Source of the DNA: an uncultured Pseudomonadota bacterium
GTDB lineage: Bacteria > Oederibacteriota > Muellerivitia > Muellerivitales > Muellerivitaceae
Reading direction: 5' to 3'
DNA length: 64,000 bases
NCBI GenBank assembly: GCA_963770835.1
Contig: CAVYRH010000010.1
Location: 32,001 to 96,000, forward strand
How positions within the stretch are numbered: the stretch's first letter is position 1; each line of letters begins with the position of its first letter. Of the stretch, positions 59,378 to 64,000 are shown piece after piece. Made by a program: the position numbers and the translations under genes. Below the pieces are notes generated by a model, which saw nothing but the letters and a program-made list of their open reading frames with translations, was not told the origin of the DNA and searched no databases.

Positions 59378-59884
59378 ATGAAAAAAATCCTCTATATCGA
59401 CATGGACGGAGTCCTGGTCGATTTCGAAACCGGCGTGGCGCGCCTAACCCAGGCCGAGAAAAAACGCTATAAGGGCCGCCTGGAAGAGGTTCCGGGCATC
59501 TACCACCGGATGGAGCCCCTGAAGGACGCGGTAAAGTCCTTCCGGCTGCTCGCCAAGCCCTTCGACGTTTACATCCTTTCCACGGCTCCCTGGAAAAACC
59601 ACAGCGCCTGGAGCGACAAGGTGCGCTGGGCCAAGGCCTACCTGGGCAAACACGCCCATAAGCGGGTGATCCTCTCCCACCATAAAAACCTCAATGTGGG
59701 GCATTACCTTGTCGACGACCAGCTCCAGCACGGCGCGGGCCAGTTCAAGGGGGAATTGATCCACTTCGGAAGGGGCAAGTTCAAGACCTGGAAGGGCGTG
59801 GTGAAGTACCTCTTGGCCAAAAGGACAAATAGGTCCGGCAAGCCGGGAGGCCCGGTGGAGAACCGGGCAAAAGCCCAAGAATAG
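59378..59884 (+). CDS. 5'(3')-deoxyribonucleotidase (NT5C-type HAD)
   Basis: LYIDMDGVLVDF, YILSTAPW.N..AWSDK..W, ILSHHKNL..G.YLVDD. Confidence 0.88.
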   Translation: MKKILYIDMDGVLVDFETGVARLTQAEKKRYKGRLEEVPGIYHRMEPLKDAVKSFRLLAKPFDVYILSTAPWKNHSAWSDKVRWAKAYLGKHAHKRVILSHHKNLNVGHYLVDDQLQHGAGQFKGELIHFGRGKFKTWKGVVKYLLAKRTNRSGKPGGPVENRAKAQE

Positions 59885-59964
59885 CTATCTATTTTCCCCA
59901 AAAGCGCCTAACGTATAGGCCGCTTTATGACATCAAGGCCCCACGAGGCCAAAAGGAAATCACA

Positions 59965-60285
59965 ATGGATATGGTTGATAACAAACCCAAGGAAACCGAG
60001 ACCGCCCCGGCATCCGTTCCGGCCCCGGTAGCGAATACCCCGGAAGCGGCAGCCGCCCCGGCCGTTGCCGCCGAGCCTGTTGCGGCTCCGGCTCCCGTCC
60101 CAGCCCCGGTAGCGGCAGCCACCCCGGCTGCGGCCCCCGCGCCCGCGCCGGTCGAAATCTTCAAGGGAATCGTCCCGCAAACGAAGCCAAACGCGCCGGG
60201 TGGGTGGAACCGTTTTGCGGGGTACAAACCGGGGGATGCCAAGAACAAGAAAAATGACCGCCGGGATTCTAAGGGCCGCAGGTAA
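59965..60285 (+). CDS. Small Ala/Pro-rich protein with basic C-terminus
   Basis: AAGGA RBS; AP repeats; KKNDRRDSKGRR. Confidence 0.6.
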   Translation: MDMVDNKPKETETAPASVPAPVANTPEAAAAPAVAAEPVAAPAPVPAPVAAATPAAAPAPAPVEIFKGIVPQTKPNAPGGWNRFAGYKPGDAKNKKNDRRDSKGRR

Positions 60286-60540
60286 CTTCTTAAAGGCAGT
60301 TGACAGTCGGCGCCAATTGTTTCTAGAACAATTGGCACTACCAAATCTCGCCGTTCGGCTTGTGGCCTCACGGCAGGTGGCAGTTCGCAGTTGGCAGGTG
60401 AGGCAGTCGACCATCGTCTACACGGCAAACACCTAAAAACCCATCTTCAAGGCGGGCCGGGGTTACCCGGCCCTCCCGGAAATAATTCCAGCAACATTTC
60501 TAAAACCCTTCACGCAACTTGATGGATAGGAGAATGGACC

Positions 60541-60744
60541 ATGGCTTACACACTGAACCAGATGGTGGGGAATTGCAAAACCGGCAAGGTGGGGAAGATT
60601 GCCTCCGCCCCATTTAAAGGCGCCCATGGGGATTTTAACGGCTATGTCATCCTCACGGACCGTTATGGTTATGAGGTTTGGGAGGAATTGTCCATCGTGG
60701 CCTTCCCACCCGACTTCGTGCTGCCTGCCCCGCCGGGGGAATGA
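60541..60744 (+). CDS. Small hypothetical protein
   Basis: AGGAGA upstream; 67 aa. Confidence 0.5.
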   Translation: MAYTLNQMVGNCKTGKVGKIASAPFKGAHGDFNGYVILTDRYGYEVWEELSIVAFPPDFVLPAPPGE

Positions 60745-60904
60745 ATCAGTCGGCAGCGAACCGCAAATAAAAAATAAAATTATAAACCCTTTAGCAGAGT
60801 CGCTTTCAGCGACGGGCTACAGGGTCCAGCGGTTAGGCCGTCCTGTCCTTGGCACCAATTGTCCTTCAATTGGCATTACCCATCGTCGCCAATAAACTTG
60901 TGGT

Positions 60905-61663
60905 TTATTGGCGGGTAACCGGGTTTAACATCTTGAAAAAGACCGAGGGCAGGAAGCGGCTCCCGAAGCGCAGCATTTTCGACTGGCCGATGGGCAGCTC
61001 CACCCCGTCCGATTCCAGGGCCGCCATGGTTTGGGCGATAAAGGGTTCCAGCCCCAGCTTGGGGTATTTCACTTCCGCCACCCCGGGCGCCTTGCCCAGG
61101 TCGGTTTCCACGCCCGGCGGGGCCACTTCGATGACCTTGACCGGTGTGCCGCGCAGCTGGTGGCGCAGGGACATGGAAAAGGAATGGATGGCCGCCTTGG
61201 TGGCGCAGTAAATGGGGGAACGGGAGAGGGGCATATAGGCCAGTCCGGAGCTGATGTTGATGAGGGCCGATTCCTTTTGCTTAGAAAGCAGTGGCAGGAA
61301 AACCGCCGTCATGCGGATGAGCCCCTTGAGGTTGATGTCGATCTCCTCGAACAGGTCCCCGCCGAGGGTTTCGGGCCGGGTGAAGTCCCACCACTTCATG
61401 AGCCCCGCGTTGTTCACCAGCACGTCCAGGGTGGGGAATTTTTCGCTGACCACCTGGAAGAGCCTTTGGATGTCCCCGTCCTTGGACACGTCCATGGCGA
61501 AGGCCTCCATTCCCGGGAACTGGGCGGAAAAATCCTTCAAGGTTTGTTCCCGCCGACCGGTGATGATGACCTTGTTGCCCAGCCCGTGAAAGGCCTTCGC
61601 CAAGCCACCGCCGATGCCCGACCCGCCGCCCGTAATCAGAACCGTGTGACCCGTAAGTTTCAT
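60905..61663 (-). CDS. Short-chain dehydrogenase/reductase (DltE-like)
   Basis: TVLITGGGSGIG, LVNNAG, NISSGLA, YCATKAA. Confidence 0.93.
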   Translation of the reverse strand: MKLTGHTVLITGGGSGIGGGLAKAFHGLGNKVIITGRREQTLKDFSAQFPGMEAFAMDVSKDGDIQRLFQVVSEKFPTLDVLVNNAGLMKWWDFTRPETLGGDLFEEIDINLKGLIRMTAVFLPLLSKQKESALINISSGLAYMPLSRSPIYCATKAAIHSFSMSLRHQLRGTPVKVIEVAPPGVETDLGKAPGVAEVKYPKLGLEPFIAQTMAALESDGVELPIGQSKMLRFGSRFLPSVFFKMLNPVTRQ

Positions 61664-61818
61664 GTGAATCCCTCCCGCTTCATGGAATTTCCTGTTGGAT
61701 GGGAAGGATCATGGGGGGGAACGGCGGGGGAAGTCAATGGAGGGAAAGCAATTCCAGGTAATCCGTTATCCGAAAATTTTGGATAACCGCGAAAGCCGGA
61801 TAGGCTAAGATACCCCCC

Positions 61819-62598
61819 ATGCCCGAACCCCGCACCCACCTTGTCGTCGGCACTCCCTGTTTCGGGGGCCTGGTGACCAGCCTTTACGCCACTTCCCTCA
61901 TGCGGCTGCAGAACGCCTGCCAGCAGAGGGGCGGCATCGACCTGAGCGTCAACCTGCTTTCCGGCGACGCCCTCATCACCCGCGCCCGGCAGAACATCGT
62001 CGGGCATTTCCTGGAACACCCCCTGGCCACCCACCTGATTTTCATCGACGCGGACATCGCCTTCGACCCGGCCCAGGTTTTCCGCCTGCTGGATTTCAAC
62101 GTGGACATGGCCGCGGGGGTCTACCCCACCAAGCGCATCGATTGGGGGAAGGTGGGCCTGATGGCGAAGGCCGGCGTGCCAAACCTGGAGTCCACGGCCC
62201 TGTCCTACGTGGTGGAATTCGAGGACCCGGCCAAGATCGAGGCCAAGAACGGCTTCACGAAGGTGCGCTACGCCGGGACGGGGTTCCTCATGATCAAGCG
62301 GCAAGCCCTGGTGAAGATGATCGAAGCCCATCCCGAACTGCGCTACACCCGGGAAAACCAGGCGGAGGACCCGCTGAAGGGAAGCAAGTGGCGCTCGGCC
62401 CTTTTCAATTGCCTAGTGGATAAGGAGACGGGAGTCTATTTAAGTGAGGACTACAGCTTTTGCCGCCGCTGGAGGGACCTGGGCGGGGAAATCTGGGTGG
62501 ACCTCACCAGCCACCTGGCCCACACGGGAACGATGACCTTTTACGGGAACGCGGCCAGCCAATTCACGAACCCCCCCGAACCACCAAAAACCACTTAA
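61819..62598 (+). CDS. GT-A-fold glycosyltransferase-like protein
   Basis: TPCFGG, LITRARQ, FIDADI (DxD), GTGFLMI, YLSEDYSFCRRW...GGEIW. Confidence 0.75.
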   Translation: MPEPRTHLVVGTPCFGGLVTSLYATSLMRLQNACQQRGGIDLSVNLLSGDALITRARQNIVGHFLEHPLATHLIFIDADIAFDPAQVFRLLDFNVDMAAGVYPTKRIDWGKVGLMAKAGVPNLESTALSYVVEFEDPAKIEAKNGFTKVRYAGTGFLMIKRQALVKMIEAHPELRYTRENQAEDPLKGSKWRSALFNCLVDKETGVYLSEDYSFCRRWRDLGGEIWVDLTSHLAHTGTMTFYGNAASQFTNPPEPPKTT

Positions 62599-62609
62599 AA
62601 AAACTTTTC

Positions 62610-62777
62610 ACCACAAAGTTCACGGGGTACACAGAGTAAGGCTTAAGACACTTAAAACTACCAATGGGTTTAAAAGTCTTTCTAAATCGAAATTACTTTG
62701 ACTTGGTTCAATCCTGCTTTTTCCGGAGCCTTTTCGTTTCAAAGCTTTACTCTGTGACCTCTGTGTACTCTGTGGTT
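62610..62777. repeat. Empty copy of the GxxExxY-cassette inverted arms
   Basis: Right arm 62746-62777 matches 15269-15300 at 31/32 positions; left arm 62610-62640; ~105-bp AT-rich non-coding interior. Confidence 0.85.
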
Positions 62778-62787
62778 CCAAAGAGGT

Positions 62788-63777
62788 TTATTCCGTGGTG
62801 ACCATCTTCGCCATGGACTCGCTGTAGCGGTTGCCGGACACCCGGAGCTTTCCCAGGGTCGTCTTAATCTCCGCTAAATCCTTCCCGCTGAGGGCGATCC
62901 CCGCGGCTTGGGCGTTTTCCTCCAGGTGCTTCACCTTCGTGGTGCCAGGGATGGGGACGATGTCCTTCCCCTGGTGAAGCAGCCAGGCCAGGGCGATCTG
63001 GGAGGCCGTGGCCCCCTTGGCGGCGGCCAGTTTTTTCACTTCCTCCACCAGCTTGAGGTTTTCCTGGAAGTTCTCTCCCTGGAAGCGGGGAAGGTTGCGG
63101 CGCATGTCGCCGGGCTCGAAATCCTCGGGCCGCTTCAGCTGCCCGGTCAGGAAGCCCCGGCCCACGGGGCTAAAGGGCACGAAGCCGATGCCCAGTTCCC
63201 GAAGGGTGGGGAGGATCTTTTCCTCCACGTTGGTTTCCCAAAGGGAGTATTCACTCTGGAGCGCGCTGAAGGGATGCGTGGCGTGGGCCTTGCGGATCGT
63301 TTGGGGCCCCACCTCGCTCAAGCCCAGGTATTTTACCTTGCCTTCCTTCACCCATTGGGCCATGGCGCCCACCGTTTCCTCGATGGGGAACTTGGGGTCC
63401 TTGCGGTGCAGGTAGAGCAGGTCGATATGGTCGGTCTCCAGGCGCTTCAGGCAGCCTTCCACGGCACGCCGGACGTTTTCGGGGGAACCGTCCAGGTTGT
63501 CGGGGCCGGACTTCCCCTCTTTCCAAGCGATCTTGGTGGCGACGACCACCTTATCCCTTTTGCCCTTCATGGCCTTGGCCAGCAATTCCTCATTTAAAAA
63601 GGGTCCGTAGGCCTCGGCGGTGTCCCAAAAGTTGATCCCCAGCTCGAGGGAACGGTGCAGGGTCTTGAGGGACTCAGCCTCGTCGGCCTTGGCGCCGTAG
63701 GCGTAACTCATCCCCATGCAGCCCAGTCCCAAGGCGGAGACTTCCAACCCCTGTTTTCCCAATTTCCGTTTTTCCAT
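62788..63777 (-). CDS. Aldo/keto reductase
   Basis: VSALGLGCMGMS, DTAEAYG, IDLLYLHR, GLSE, QSEYSL, SPVGRGFL, PIPGT; GAGG RBS. Confidence 0.95.
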   Translation of the reverse strand: MEKRKLGKQGLEVSALGLGCMGMSYAYGAKADEAESLKTLHRSLELGINFWDTAEAYGPFLNEELLAKAMKGKRDKVVVATKIAWKEGKSGPDNLDGSPENVRRAVEGCLKRLETDHIDLLYLHRKDPKFPIEETVGAMAQWVKEGKVKYLGLSEVGPQTIRKAHATHPFSALQSEYSLWETNVEEKILPTLRELGIGFVPFSPVGRGFLTGQLKRPEDFEPGDMRRNLPRFQGENFQENLKLVEEVKKLAAAKGATASQIALAWLLHQGKDIVPIPGTTKVKHLEENAQAAGIALSGKDLAEIKTTLGKLRVSGNRYSESMAKMVTTE

Positions 63778-64000
63778 GGTATACCTCACTTAAATTTTTA
63801 CCGCCAAGACGCCAAGTAAGACTAAAACAAGAGCTTAAATTCTGAATAAACCTATTCTAATCATGGCTATAAAAGGAAAGAAAGGAGGGGAAAACATTTG
63901 AACCAAAAAGGTCCACCCTCTCCCCTTAGGAGTTCCGATAATCTGACTCGGTAAAAAATACGGTGTAAAATACAGTCAATACCGTTTTAAGGGAGGATCT

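Overview
Bacterial chromosomal window, mostly GC-rich. The many Thr/Pro-linker, NHL and FlgD-Ig-type exported proteins suggest an uncultured lineage such as candidate phylum FCPU426 (inference only). 1-18 kb is housekeeping: trmD 3' end, rplS, a beta-propeller lipoprotein, rnhB, yraN, CCA enzyme, M50 protease, trpS, scpAB, a frameshift-split class III nucleotide cyclase, TPR genes, miaB, TPR-SPOR, an inverted-repeat-bounded GxxExxY cassette and mutS. 18-27.3 kb holds an AT-rich kelch/MORN gene cut by an IS5-family element and a 1877-aa HicB-like/propeller/Ig-repeat protein. 27.5-39.5 kb is an ~11.9-kb island integrated in tRNA-Asp (46-bp att repeat), carrying int/xis, AbiE, an AEP-primase/SF2 helicase, a second IS5, a nuclease-like gene and Fic. 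39.8-64 kb is accessory: MarR-EmrAB, NHL lipoproteins, Phd-VapC, oxidoreductases and small genes. The most unusual signals are non-coding: (1) a ~700-bp array of more than 12 different short palindromes punctuated by a recurring AATTGGAAGAATAGGG motif (52.26-52.93 kb); (2) a 9-mer-periodic inverted-repeat element present both with a GxxExxY gene and empty, one copy of which appears to supply a signal peptide; (3) several dispersed hairpin families with compensatory changes. Several single-base indels and two in-frame TAGs in otherwise intact genes may be assembly errors. All family assignments come from motif recognition, not database searches.
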